NCBI GenBank assembly: GCA_965227295.1
Contig: OZ245742.1
Location: 3,488,001 to 3,552,000 of the forward strand
DNA length: 64,000 nucleotides
DNA from: Leptonemataceae bacterium
GTDB lineage: Bacteria > Spirochaetota > Leptospiria > Leptospirales > Leptonemataceae
Reading direction: 5' to 3'
The position numbers and the translations under genes are program-made. Shown one piece after another: positions 47,249-57,091 of the stretch (positions are counted from its first letter, which is position 1; every line of letters begins with the position of its first letter). The notes below the pieces were generated by a model. It was not told the origin of the DNA and did no database searches. It worked only from the letters and a program-made list of their open reading frames with translations.

Positions 47249-48118
47249 CTACAGCGCGTCGAAAATTCTCTGAAGGCCCTCCCGGAAATTCGGGCTGCTC
47301 AGTTTTTCCAGGTGCCCTTCCAGTTCCGCCACATCATCAAAGACCAATCGCAGTGTTAAGCGCGTCTGTTCCAGGTCGTCCGGCAGATCGAGCTGCATGT
47401 TCTTGAGCAGGCCCAGGTCCCGTCGCAGTTGCAGTAGTTCTTTGCGCAGCCTTTCGATCTCCGGCGATCGCAGGCGACGGACCAGGTCCCGAACCTCGTG
47501 CGCCGGAAACGAGCGCGACTTCGGGCGCTGGTCCCAGTGTTCGGACATGCGCCGGGCTTCAGCCAGGGCGCGGGAACGCTGCTCTGTATCGAGGTCGTAG
47601 TAGTCGAGGACAATGTCCCGGATAAAGTTGCGATTCAACGATCTCCGGGTAAACAGATGCAACCAGGCTTTGCGTTCTTCCGGGGCCAGGCGATTCCAGA
47701 GGCGCAGCACGTTTAGCGGAGCATCGAATTTGCGTGCCAGTTCGCGGGAGAGTTCATCCAGGTCGGCGTGTTCTTTAAACTCGGCCAGGGTTTTGAAATT
47801 CGGTCGGCGACCGGTGAAGGCCTCGAACACGATTTCGACGGGGTAGTCGGGATGATCGTCTAAATACGCGGCCAGGTCCACGCGATGAGGCGGGGCGAAG
47901 CGCAAAAGTTCGCGCCAGGCCGGCAGGTTCTGTAATTCGTCTTGAGTGAAAACGCCGAGGGGGCTCCGGTCCGACGTTTCGGCCAGGGGCGTCAGGAGCT
48001 GCAGGTTCGAACCGTCCTGCACGGCGTACGCGATGCGACGGTCCGGCGCCGCCCAGGGCAGGAGGCGTTCCCGCAGAAGGCTGTCATACTGTGCGCTGTC
48101 GATGAGTTGCCAGTGCAT
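47249..48118 (-). CDS. Hypothetical protein
   Basis: 289-aa ORF filling the space between flanking genes; no motif recognised. Confidence 0.65.
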   Translation of the reverse strand: MHWQLIDSAQYDSLLRERLLPWAAPDRRIAYAVQDGSNLQLLTPLAETSDRSPLGVFTQDELQNLPAWRELLRFAPPHRVDLAAYLDDHPDYPVEIVFEAFTGRRPNFKTLAEFKEHADLDELSRELARKFDAPLNVLRLWNRLAPEERKAWLHLFTRRSLNRNFIRDIVLDYYDLDTEQRSRALAEARRMSEHWDQRPKSRSFPAHEVRDLVRRLRSPEIERLRKELLQLRRDLGLLKNMQLDLPDDLEQTRLTLRLVFDDVAELEGHLEKLSSPNFREGLQRIFDAL

Positions 48119-48219
48119 CGCACGAATCGAAACCCGCGATGCGTACGTGCGTCAAGTGCCAAAAATGATTGCCGTGCTTGCCCGGAGCGTCACGCTTCCC
48201 CGTGCTCCCGCGATATCTC

Positions 48220-48882
48220 ATGTGGTCCGCGTACTTCGCCGTCGTGCCCGTGCTTTGTATGATCGTGCTGTTCTTCCAGAACGCGCCGCGGGCCGGGCAA
48301 CTCATCGTGCACGGCGATCTTTCCGTGGAATACCATACGGCCGATGCCGGCGTCGTGTGGAAGAGCGGCGTGCCCGAATCCGCCGTGCGCGTCGACGACG
48401 TGCCGAAACACTTCACGGCCATGTTGTTGTATCAGGAAGATCAGGCCTTTTTTGATCATCACGGCTACAGCGCGCGGGAGATCTACATCGTGTTGCGGGA
48501 TTATGCGTTGCGCGGCGATCGGTTGCGCGGTGCGTCGACCATCACTCAGCAACTCGCCCGGGCGTTGTTCTTGAGCCAGGAACGTTCGTTGCGCCGTAAA
48601 CTGCTGGAGTTTCGCGCGGCGATCTTGCTGGAACATCGTCTCACTAAGTTGCAGATTCTGGAACTTTATGTGAATCATGTGTACTGGGGCGCGCGCCTCA
48701 CCGGACTCGCCGCCGCGGCGCGGCATTACTTCGGCAAGGCTCCGGCGCAATTGTCCCGGGAAGAGGCGGCGCTGCTCGTGGCGATTCTCCCGGAGCCGAA
48801 TGCCTGTCCGCGATTGCGGCGTTGCGACGACGAGGGCGTGGTGCGGCGGGCGCAGCGTTTGCTCAAGGCTCCGCCGCCCTAA
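48220..48882 (+). CDS. Monofunctional peptidoglycan transglycosylase (GT51)
   Basis: QED..F..H.G, GASTITQQLAR, RKLLE, KLQILELYVN; N-terminal TM; no transpeptidase domain. Confidence 0.88.
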   Translation: MWSAYFAVVPVLCMIVLFFQNAPRAGQLIVHGDLSVEYHTADAGVVWKSGVPESAVRVDDVPKHFTAMLLYQEDQAFFDHHGYSAREIYIVLRDYALRGDRLRGASTITQQLARALFLSQERSLRRKLLEFRAAILLEHRLTKLQILELYVNHVYWGARLTGLAAAARHYFGKAPAQLSREEAALLVAILPEPNACPRLRRCDDEGVVRRAQRLLKAPPP

Positions 48883-49805
48883 CCCAGGGGAGTTCCGGAA
48901 CCGAACACCACCAGAGACACAAGCACGACCACAATCGAGATCGGCGCGAGGATGACATCGGCGGCGACCGTCAGAGGCAGCAAAGGCAACAGGGCGTACT
49001 GATTGCGATCTTTGCTCCGGCCGGTCGGTTCGTTGAAGACGGCGTGTTGGCGAAACTCCGCCGTCTGGTCGGGTCGCTGCAATTTGGCCCACTGCACGGA
49101 TTTCAGTTCAAAGAGCAGGCCCGCGCCGAAGTCGTAGTACTGCACTGGAACGGGAGTCCAGTCTTCGATGGGCGGCATGGATTCCGGTATGTCCTTTGAT
49201 CCGGCTCCAAAGAACGTCACGTCTTCACCGGGAGCGGGGGCCGGCTTCGACGGAATATGACTCCAGTAAATTTCCGGAGGCTCGTCCTCGGTCAAAAGTG
49301 CAAGATAGCTGAAGCCCGGGGAGACGCGTGCCGCGAAGATCGGCTTACCCGTGGAGAAACGTATTCTGTTTATTCCAAAGCAGCGGCCCGCTGCATCGGG
49401 AACGCCTGCGAAATCGATTACGGTGTTGCGCACGGGAAACGGCAGCTCGTCACAGCGAAAGCTGCGTATGTCCGTGACGACGGACGGCGCGGCAGCAACG
49501 TCGCACGGGCCGAGTTTCAGCGGTTGCAGCGTGAAGTAATCCGTGTCCTTCTGACGAAAGGCTTCTTGAAGGTGTGCCTGCCCACACAACGGACCCCGGG
49601 CCCCCCAGGTACTCTCTCCCTGAAACGAAAAATAGAGCAACTCGCCGGCACCACTCTGGATATCGAGCAGTCGCGTCGCCTGCCAGTATTCGTTGTCCGG
49701 TTTCCGGAAGGCCTCATCGAGGAGCTTGCCGGTGAAGCAACTACTCAGGAGCGGATGAGCGGCGGTGAGCAGAAAGACCAGGATCGTGCGCCGGGGACAG
49801 TTCAT
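48879..49805 (-). CDS. Hypothetical lipoprotein with C-terminal hydrophobic hairpin
   Basis: LLSS-C lipobox; LLPLLPLTVAADVILAPI C-terminus. Confidence 0.7.
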   Translation of the reverse strand: MNCPRRTILVFLLTAAHPLLSSCFTGKLLDEAFRKPDNEYWQATRLLDIQSGAGELLYFSFQGESTWGARGPLCGQAHLQEAFRQKDTDYFTLQPLKLGPCDVAAAPSVVTDIRSFRCDELPFPVRNTVIDFAGVPDAAGRCFGINRIRFSTGKPIFAARVSPGFSYLALLTEDEPPEIYWSHIPSKPAPAPGEDVTFFGAGSKDIPESMPPIEDWTPVPVQYYDFGAGLLFELKSVQWAKLQRPDQTAEFRQHAVFNEPTGRSKDRNQYALLPLLPLTVAADVILAPISIVVVLVSLVVFGSGTPLG

Positions 49806-49811
49806 ACATGC

Positions 49812-51170
49812 TCAGTCATTCACGATCTTAAAGTAATTGCCTTCGTCGTAGTTTTCGTACCGCGACCAGTCCAGAGCCTCGCCGCGGGGCTGAAACTCAT
49901 TGCCCTTGACCGATTTCGGTTTCACGCTGCGAAACAAAGAGTAGATGCCCACGGCGAGGGATTGGGCCACCTCTTCGCGTTCCTCAATCACCAGATCACG
50001 ATCACGGGTGCGATTGATGAAGGCGATCTCCAGGTAGGCCACGACCGCGTTCACGAAAGTAGGCAGGCTATACGTGCTTACGTACGGCGGCTGAATGGGA
50101 CCGATGGCGTCGCGACTGCGCATCTTCGGTTCGAGGACCCGCACACCGTGTTGTACGAAGCGCATGAGTTCGTCGGTGGCGTAGTGGTTGTCACCGCCGT
50201 AGCCCAGGCGACCGCCTTCCCGGCGCCACCGTTCCGGTTTGGCCTTCTCGCGGTCCCAGAAAGCCGCGTCCTCGGCGCGGAACTGTTTGAAGTCCACGGC
50301 GAAACGTCCCGGTTTGTCGGGATCGTACAGTTTCCACCAGCCCGGCGGATCGGCGTACCGCCACTGCATCATGTTGTAACGAATGCCGCGGTTCTTGTTG
50401 TCGTTAATGTCTGTTCCCTTGCGGTTTGTACGAAAGCCGTTGAAGTAGACCCAGGTGTCCGCCCGGGCCGCTTCGAACTGGGACCAGCCCGGATCGGTAA
50501 CCAGCCATAGTTTGTTCCAGGGCGATTGGTCGAACCTCGAGCGCGGAAGTTCACCGAGGTGAATGCGGCGGATCATATCGAAGGTTTCGTAGCCGGGGCT
50601 CAGGACCGCCGCCATGCCGCCCTTGTGTCCGGCGCCGGCCGGGTTCATGTGCAGCGAGACGACGAGGTACGGCTCCTGGTCATTGATCCAGGAGATGCGC
50701 CCCTGTTGCATGCGGCCCTGCCTGTCGGGGAAATCGTAGAGCCGGTAGCGCGAGTTGAGGTCGCCTTTCTTTTGTTTCGCGCTCAGTTCATCGTAACTTT
50801 CAGTGCGCGAAAGTTTCGCATCGATGATGATGCGTTCGAAGTGTTTCTGGTCCGAGAATTTGCGCAGCAGCGCTTCGAATTTTTCCCAGTCGGCCGGGCT
50901 TTTCGTCCAGGCCAGGTAATGCTCCACGCGCCGACTGAGCTGCATCATGAGCTTATGCTCACGGTACTTGCGATAGGCGGTGCCGTAGTAGAAGTAACTG
51001 AGATACTCACGGCTGACCGGGTCCCACTTGTCGTCCTTCTGGCGCTTGTTCATACCTCCGTGGCCGGGATCGATGACCACGGAGTAGGTACTGACGGGTT
51101 CGCAGCCGAGGGCGACGGCGAAAACAAGATGAAGGACGATGAAACCGAAAAAATACGTGCGCAGTTTCAG
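49812..51170 (-). CDS. N-acetylmuramoyl-L-alanine amidase (Amidase_3) lipoprotein, probable CTG start
   Basis: VIDPGHGG, E, VSLHMN, YLEIAFI zinc motifs; in-frame extension to CTG 51170 gives a signal peptide and ALG-C lipobox. Confidence 0.82.
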   Translation of the reverse strand: MKLRTYFFGFIVLHLVFAVALGCEPVSTYSVVIDPGHGGMNKRQKDDKWDPVSREYLSYFYYGTAYRKYREHKLMMQLSRRVEHYLAWTKSPADWEKFEALLRKFSDQKHFERIIIDAKLSRTESYDELSAKQKKGDLNSRYRLYDFPDRQGRMQQGRISWINDQEPYLVVSLHMNPAGAGHKGGMAAVLSPGYETFDMIRRIHLGELPRSRFDQSPWNKLWLVTDPGWSQFEAARADTWVYFNGFRTNRKGTDINDNKNRGIRYNMMQWRYADPPGWWKLYDPDKPGRFAVDFKQFRAEDAAFWDREKAKPERWRREGGRLGYGGDNHYATDELMRFVQHGVRVLEPKMRSRDAIGPIQPPYVSTYSLPTFVNAVVAYLEIAFINRTRDRDLVIEEREEVAQSLAVGIYSLFRSVKPKSVKGNEFQPRGEALDWSRYENYDEGNYFKIVND

Positions 51171-51940
51171 TTGGCGGGCTCCGTGCTTCCGTTCCCCTGG
51201 GCGAAGCCCCGGGCGTCCAGCAGGTCGACCTGGTATTTCTTCTCAAGTTCCTGCTGTTTCTGGGGATCCTGTTCCAGGCCGACGAGGACGCTGATGGCAA
51301 AGGCCTTTGCCAGGCGATAGTGAACGATGGCTTCATCGAAGCGGTCGTCGTCCATCATGTCTTCGGCCAGGGTCGTTTGTTGATAGGCGATTTGCAGCCG
51401 CTGGGCGTTGCGGAAGATATCCGCAGTCATGCCGCTGTTGGACTGACCCGGCTCGGAGGAGACGGCGAACTCGGCGTCCACCATGGACTCGGCGCACTGG
51501 GCCAGCAGGCCGGCGACCTGGTTCTGGAATTTATCTGTGAATTTCTTGTACAATTTTTGAATTTGTTCACGGGTCTCGGCGTGAATTTTCATGGACTCTA
51601 CGTAGCGGCGGCGGTAGCGCTCGCGCTCGGCGGCGTGGTAGGTCTCTTTGATTTTCTCGAAGTCGCCCTGAGCGCCTTCGACTTCGCTTCCGAAATTCGC
51701 CACGAGAATCTTGAGGCGTTTGATGTCATTGAGCGTGCGATCCCGCACGGGACCGATGCGACGAACGGCGTGATGCCGTTCCAGGTAAGAAGCGCGCTCC
51801 GGTTCCGAAACGCTTTCCGCGCCGGACGAGCCTTCCCCGGTCGGGGCGGCGTCCTGGGCGGCCACGGCGCCCGGCAACAGGGCGACGGCAAGAAAAGTGC
51901 ACAGAACGGCGATGGTAGGCGCGGTATGGATACGGCTCAT
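51167..51940 (-). CDS. Hypothetical exported helical protein
   Basis: Signal peptide (AVAA-Q), helical content; start set to ATG 51940. Confidence 0.75.
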   Translation of the reverse strand: MSRIHTAPTIAVLCTFLAVALLPGAVAAQDAAPTGEGSSGAESVSEPERASYLERHHAVRRIGPVRDRTLNDIKRLKILVANFGSEVEGAQGDFEKIKETYHAAERERYRRRYVESMKIHAETREQIQKLYKKFTDKFQNQVAGLLAQCAESMVDAEFAVSSEPGQSNSGMTADIFRNAQRLQIAYQQTTLAEDMMDDDRFDEAIVHYRLAKAFAISVLVGLEQDPQKQQELEKKYQVDLLDARGFAQGNGSTEPAN

Positions 51941-52063
51941 TCGAATTCTCCGGAGCGGTTTAGAACTACGACCGAACATATAAAAAAAGTTCCCTGTTCT
52001 GTAAAACATTATTGTCCGGCGCTTCGAACGGTTCGACATATAAAACAGCGGAAATTTCAGGAT

Positions 52064-54772
52064 ATGTCCATGTTCAGACGCGCATTACGTCCCATTCGTT
52101 CAACCCGGGGCGTGGTTTTCTTCTTATTTACAACGCTCGCAGTCGTTCTCACCCCCGGAGTTCCACGGGTGGATGTGGTGGCCGCCGAGGTTCGGGTCCC
52201 CGTGGACCAGCGCTTTCTGGCGCTGGGTGAACTCAGATTGCAAGAGCAGTGGCCGGACCTCGACCTGCGCAGCAAGCGTCGCCTCGCGCCGTATTTAATC
52301 GAAAACTCTCACAACAGTGATCTGCCCGCCGACGATCGCCGCAAGTTGCCCGGCATCTTGCTGAACGAGAGCGATCCGTTCTTAAAAGCCTCCGGCGCGG
52401 TGGCGGCGATCTTTCGCCGGGATTTGAACAGCGGCAAGCGCATTGCGTATCTCACACAACTGCGCAAGAAGGGCGGATTGCCCGCCCAACTGGCGAACTT
52501 CTACATCGCGGTGGAGCGCGGACGTCTGGGGCAATCCGTTCCGGCCGAACAGTATGCCGGGGCCTGCGATCTGCCGGATCAGCAATCCCTGTGTACCGTG
52601 GCCCGGCTGAAGCTGGCCGTGGACGCGGCCTACAGCGCCCGTAGTTTTTCGGAGCAGAACCTGGAACGCATTCTCGATGCGGCGCGCCCGCTCCTGGGAC
52701 GCGCACCGTTTCGGCCTCCGTTCTATGCGCCCATCGCCGGCGATGCGCCGGAGAAACTTTACGCCCTGGGCCTGCCGCTCGAAGCCGCCATCCTCGCCGA
52801 GCGCATGACCTACGCCGCCGCGGACGATCGCGAACAGGGCATTCGCGCGCGCATCCCGTACTATCTCGCCGCTTCCGGAGACTTCGAAAGCGCCGCGCGA
52901 TTTTCCGCAAAGATTTCCCACACCAGCGATCCGGCCCTGTTGAACGCGCGCCTGGACTGGCTGATCCTGGGCGGCCACTATACCATGGCGCTGAACTACA
53001 TCGGTAAGATGGGACTCGACCGTCTTTCCACCAACGCCGCAAAAATCGCTCCTGCGAATTCGCGCGAGTACTGGTCCGGTTTCCCGGCCGCGTCCCGGGA
53101 AGAGATCCAACTGCGCAGTGCGATGTTGCTTTACCTGGCCGGAGACATCAAAAAAGCGGCGTCGGCCCTGGATCGACTCACGAATATTCCCGGCAACACG
53201 CCGGCCGGCGAACCGGCGCGGCTGTACGCCCGTTTGCGCCAGGCCCAGATCGTGCTGGAAGACAATCCGGAACTGGCCCACAAGATCGCCGAGGATATCA
53301 CCTACATTGCCCAGGCCAACGAATGGTATCTCCTGGAGTACCACGCCACCGTACTCGACGGCTGGGCTTATGTTTATCTGGGCAAACATTACCGCGGCGT
53401 GATCAATTTCATTAAGGCCCGCGGCATTCTGAGCGCCGACAAGCGCGAACATGCCGCCGAGTATTCGCGGCTCCTGGGTCTGCTCACCGCGCGCAACCGC
53501 ATGAACGTGCGCGGCAATCACAGTGCGCTCATCAAACAAATCAACACGTTGCTCGCGAAGCGCCCGTACAACGAGGCCGTTTATACGATTCGCGAGTGGG
53601 TCCACCGTGGAGCCGGGCCGGACATGTTCCTGCTGGAAGCCGTACGGAATTACAATCTGCGCGGCAGACGTTGGGATGCTCTGAATCTATTGCTCGAGTT
53701 TTCGCACACCGGCGAGTCGTTCTTTCAACCGGGCAACAATCCGGGCGGGGCGCGGGGATTTCTGACGAGCACGCTCTGGTCCCAGGAACTACATAAGTTC
53801 GGTTACATGGAGCGCACGCCCGCGGCGGAACTCAGTCTCACCGCGGCCACCCGGTCCGGCAGTCGCGCACAATTGCCGAAGACCGGCGAGCGCAACCTGA
53901 GTACGCGTTCCCTCGATCGTAACGCCTACTATGTGTTCCATTTCGACGTGCAGGGCGGACGGTACGTCTACGTCCTGTATCCGTACAAACGTACGCTGGG
54001 TATCGATTACGTCTTCTTACGGCCCACCGAACTCGAGGCCATGAAACTGAACTGCACTTTCGCCCAACCCGACGGCTGTGCGGCGTATCTGTCTTCGTTT
54101 GAAAGCGTGCGTAAGAATCTCGGCTCCGGCAAGAACCGCACGCTCTATGTGCATTATCAGCCCGAGTTCGACGGCGCGTTTGAGCGCGTACTTTTTCCGA
54201 ACCCGGCGGCACGCCCGGCGACGGTGCACTTTTACGATCCCTCGGTCCACAAGAACGCCGACCGCCTCGCCCCCAACAATCTAATTGCGCATCCCCAGGG
54301 TTGCTCGGCATCGCTGCCGCTCTCTTCGGCAACGGCGTCGCCCGGATTCGAAGAGCGCTTCAGTGGAGCCCAGGATGCCGGTGGCATCTGGCTGTGGCCG
54401 CTGGGCCTGGACGCGAAGCACAGTCGCAGCGGGACGCCGCGCCCGGTCTATCTCCGGAAGTTTTTGTGCGGCAAGACGCGCCTGCGGCTGTGGGATATGG
54501 ATCGCTTCGGTCGGGCCGGACGTGCGCCGGAACTGGTGGTCTATCGCCGACGGACGAACGAGGCCGCCCTGGATCGGGCCTTCGCCCGTTTTATGGCGGG
54601 GCAGGGCACGATGTTACTGGAATTCGATGCAAAGGCCGCTCCGGCCGCGCAGGGTTTCGTGGGCGATGTGCGTGGCGGCGGCTCGGTGTTGCGCAGCTTC
54701 GATGCGGGTGCGGCGAAAGCCGGCAGGGCCGAGGGCCGGCTGAGATTGATTCTACCGGGAATTCCGGGTTGA
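52064..54772 (+). CDS. Large hypothetical exported protein (TPR-like helical region)
   Basis: ~900-aa ORF with an N-terminal hydrophobic segment from ATG 52064/52070; the upstream ORF extension overlaps the opposite gene. Confidence 0.7.
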   Translation: MSMFRRALRPIRSTRGVVFFLFTTLAVVLTPGVPRVDVVAAEVRVPVDQRFLALGELRLQEQWPDLDLRSKRRLAPYLIENSHNSDLPADDRRKLPGILLNESDPFLKASGAVAAIFRRDLNSGKRIAYLTQLRKKGGLPAQLANFYIAVERGRLGQSVPAEQYAGACDLPDQQSLCTVARLKLAVDAAYSARSFSEQNLERILDAARPLLGRAPFRPPFYAPIAGDAPEKLYALGLPLEAAILAERMTYAAADDREQGIRARIPYYLAASGDFESAARFSAKISHTSDPALLNARLDWLILGGHYTMALNYIGKMGLDRLSTNAAKIAPANSREYWSGFPAASREEIQLRSAMLLYLAGDIKKAASALDRLTNIPGNTPAGEPARLYARLRQAQIVLEDNPELAHKIAEDITYIAQANEWYLLEYHATVLDGWAYVYLGKHYRGVINFIKARGILSADKREHAAEYSRLLGLLTARNRMNVRGNHSALIKQINTLLAKRPYNEAVYTIREWVHRGAGPDMFLLEAVRNYNLRGRRWDALNLLLEFSHTGESFFQPGNNPGGARGFLTSTLWSQELHKFGYMERTPAAELSLTAATRSGSRAQLPKTGERNLSTRSLDRNAYYVFHFDVQGGRYVYVLYPYKRTLGIDYVFLRPTELEAMKLNCTFAQPDGCAAYLSSFESVRKNLGSGKNRTLYVHYQPEFDGAFERVLFPNPAARPATVHFYDPSVHKNADRLAPNNLIAHPQGCSASLPLSSATASPGFEERFSGAQDAGGIWLWPLGLDAKHSRSGTPRPVYLRKFLCGKTRLRLWDMDRFGRAGRAPELVVYRRRTNEAALDRAFARFMAGQGTMLLEFDAKAAPAAQGFVGDVRGGGSVLRSFDAGAAKAGRAEGRLRLILPGIPG

Positions 54773-54834
54773 TCCTGCACGCCTGGCCCGTGCAGTGGTT
54801 CTGAGCGAGACCCGCGCCGCCAGGCAATTCCCGA

Positions 54835-56016
54835 ATGAGCAACCCCGATCGAGACGAAGACAGCCGCAATTCCGACGAACCGTCGGTGCTCTCGACGTTT
54901 TCGTCCGTGGGTTCCCTGGCGATTCTCATTCTGGTCGTCATCACCTTTAAGAACTTCATCCTCGACGCGAACAACATTCCCAGCGGTTCCATGATCCCCA
55001 CGCTGAAGATCGGGGACTATCTGTTCGTAAACAAAATGCGTTACTCGCTGCGCGTGCCGTTTACCGGCCAGGAAGTCGTGCGCATCGACGAACCGGAGCG
55101 CGGAGACATCATCACGTTTATTCCCCCGTACGAACGCGACAAGCACTACGTGAAACGCGTGATGGGTCTGCCCGGGGATCGCATTCGCATTCGCCAGGTG
55201 GGCATCTGCAGTCTGGCAGCGGACCTGGAAAAAAACAGCGTGCCGGATTCGTACGCGGAGATATCGCTCGCCGCGGAGCATGCTGCCGGTACCGACCGGA
55301 ACGTGCCGGACGAGTACTGCGCCGGCCGCCCCGCGCGCTGGCCCGAGCCGATCATCGCCGTCTTCGAGTACCGGCGCAACGACCGCGGACCCTGGTTGAA
55401 CTACGGTCCGCGTCCGATACCGGCGGAAGCGGCGCGCAACCTGCTGGTAGACTCGGATAACGTCGGGGTCCTGCATCCCCTCGATCTTCCGGAAGAAGAG
55501 AGCGGGAGTACCCTGCCGGTAGTCTATCGCGAGACGGTCGGCGGTCACGACCATTATATAGTAGAAAAGTACCTCGCATCCGAGGGCTCGCACCACGAGC
55601 TGTGCCCGGAGATCGAAACGGCCGGCTGCATCATTCCGCCCGAAAGTTACCTCGTAATGGGTGACAACCGCGACGACTCCAAAGACTCGCGCATGATCGG
55701 CTACATAGGCCGGGACAAGATCCTCGGCAAGGCGCTGATCATCTACTTCAGCATCAACTGGTACGACGAGATTTGCTACAATTACTGGCAGACCTTTCGC
55801 GGTACCCGCATCGATACCGATCCTGGCGAGGGCTATCATCTGCCGAACTTCCCGCCGGAAGAACAGTTCGCCGCGTGTGCGGAGGGTGACGTGATGTTGC
55901 ATCACTCCGCGGAAAACCTGGCCACCTACATCGGCCGTTATCTGTGGCACACCATCGTGAACCGCGTGCCGCGCATGGATGTACGCTGGGACCGTCCCGG
56001 AAAGATGCTGCGATAG
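54835..56016 (+). CDS. lepB: Signal peptidase I
   Basis: IPSGSMIPTL..GD (Ser), YVKRVMGLPGD (Lys), MGDNRDDSKDSR. Confidence 0.96.
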   Translation: MSNPDRDEDSRNSDEPSVLSTFSSVGSLAILILVVITFKNFILDANNIPSGSMIPTLKIGDYLFVNKMRYSLRVPFTGQEVVRIDEPERGDIITFIPPYERDKHYVKRVMGLPGDRIRIRQVGICSLAADLEKNSVPDSYAEISLAAEHAAGTDRNVPDEYCAGRPARWPEPIIAVFEYRRNDRGPWLNYGPRPIPAEAARNLLVDSDNVGVLHPLDLPEEESGSTLPVVYRETVGGHDHYIVEKYLASEGSHHELCPEIETAGCIIPPESYLVMGDNRDDSKDSRMIGYIGRDKILGKALIIYFSINWYDEICYNYWQTFRGTRIDTDPGEGYHLPNFPPEEQFAACAEGDVMLHHSAENLATYIGRYLWHTIVNRVPRMDVRWDRPGKMLR

Positions 56017-56028
56017 TCCGGGGAACGA

Positions 56029-56244
56029 TTAAAAGCCGTAGTGGCCTGGTGCCGGCAGGGGATAAACTTTGTTGCCGCGGGGATCGTACTCGGGAAACTC
56101 AGGAATCACAGCACCGTCGTCGATGAAGCGACGGACCGTGCGCAGGGCCTCGGAACGCGTATCGGCCAGGGAGCCGACCTGAAGCGACTCGCAGTGGGCC
56201 GCCCAGTAGCCGTCTTCGACGGCGATAAATTCCACCACGTGCAC
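56029..56244 (-). CDS. Small HicB-like (partial RNase H fold) protein
   Basis: EDGYWAAHCESL..GSLADTRSEAL..V pattern; fills the lepB-atp gap. Confidence 0.5.
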   Translation of the reverse strand: MHVVEFIAVEDGYWAAHCESLQVGSLADTRSEALRTVRRFIDDGAVIPEFPEYDPRGNKVYPLPAPGHYGF

Positions 56245-56310
56245 CTTAAGAATATCGGCGGAACACAACTGGCATCATCGAAGAAAAATAACACGGATCT
56301 GGCCGGGCCC

Positions 56311-56685
56311 ATGCAATACCTCGGCCTCGGTTTCGAATTTCTCGGCGCGTTTTTGATGTGTGCCGGCGCGGGCTATCTCGTGGATCGTTATCTGACCGAG
56401 AGCGGGCGGCCGGGACTCTTTCTCATCGCCGGGGTCTTTGTGGGCTTCGGCGCGGGGTTGTGGCATTTGATCCGGCGGACCAGCGCCATCGGCGAGTGGG
56501 AGAAGCTGCACCTCGCCGAAAAGAAACAGGCCCGGGAAGCCGACGAAGATGTCGCCACAAAGGCCGACCGCATCACGCGGGAAATCGATGCGGTGAGTGA
56601 GCGCATCGGACGGGTGCTCGAAGATCACGAACGTCGCGCGCGCCGCCGCTCCGAAAATGCTGCGACGCCCGACAACGATGACTGA
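56311..56685 (+). CDS. AtpZ/ATPase gene 1 family protein
   Basis: LGFEF....GYLVDRYL....F.I.G.FVGF.AG two-TM pattern at the head of the atp operon. Confidence 0.8.
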   Translation: MQYLGLGFEFLGAFLMCAGAGYLVDRYLTESGRPGLFLIAGVFVGFGAGLWHLIRRTSAIGEWEKLHLAEKKQAREADEDVATKADRITREIDAVSERIGRVLEDHERRARRRSENAATPDNDD

Positions 56686-57085
56686 AGCCCCGGATCATAC
56701 CGAACCGTCGCAGTGGTGGCTGGATGTCGTGCTGATTGCCGCGTTGCCCGTCGCGGTCGCGCTCGGTTATGCCGTGTATGACGCTTCCGTAACTCTCGTG
56801 CAGCCGATGTTTCGGTACGGGATTCATTTCTATGCGTCTTTATTCTCCTACGGACCGCACTGGATGCAGCGCTATCACCGCCGCCGGCGACCGGAGCACG
56901 GCCTCAAGTGGGTACTCCTGGGCAGTACGCTGCGTCTGTTTGCACTGGTGATACTGTTGGTCTGGCTCGTCGTCACGGCACGGCCGGTGGCGGCGGGTGT
57001 GGTCCTGTTTGTTATAACGATCGGAACCTTTTTGTGTTTTCAGGTTGTCACAGAGGCCCGGCGCAAATACCGTGGCCGCGCGTAG
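56678..57085 (+). CDS. AtpI-like membrane protein
   Basis: Four hydrophobic segments, LR motif, position before atpB. Confidence 0.6.
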   Translation: MTEAPDHTEPSQWWLDVVLIAALPVAVALGYAVYDASVTLVQPMFRYGIHFYASLFSYGPHWMQRYHRRRRPEHGLKWVLLGSTLRLFALVILLVWLVVTARPVAAGVVLFVITIGTFLCFQVVTEARRKYRGRA

Positions 57086-57091
57086 AGCGCT

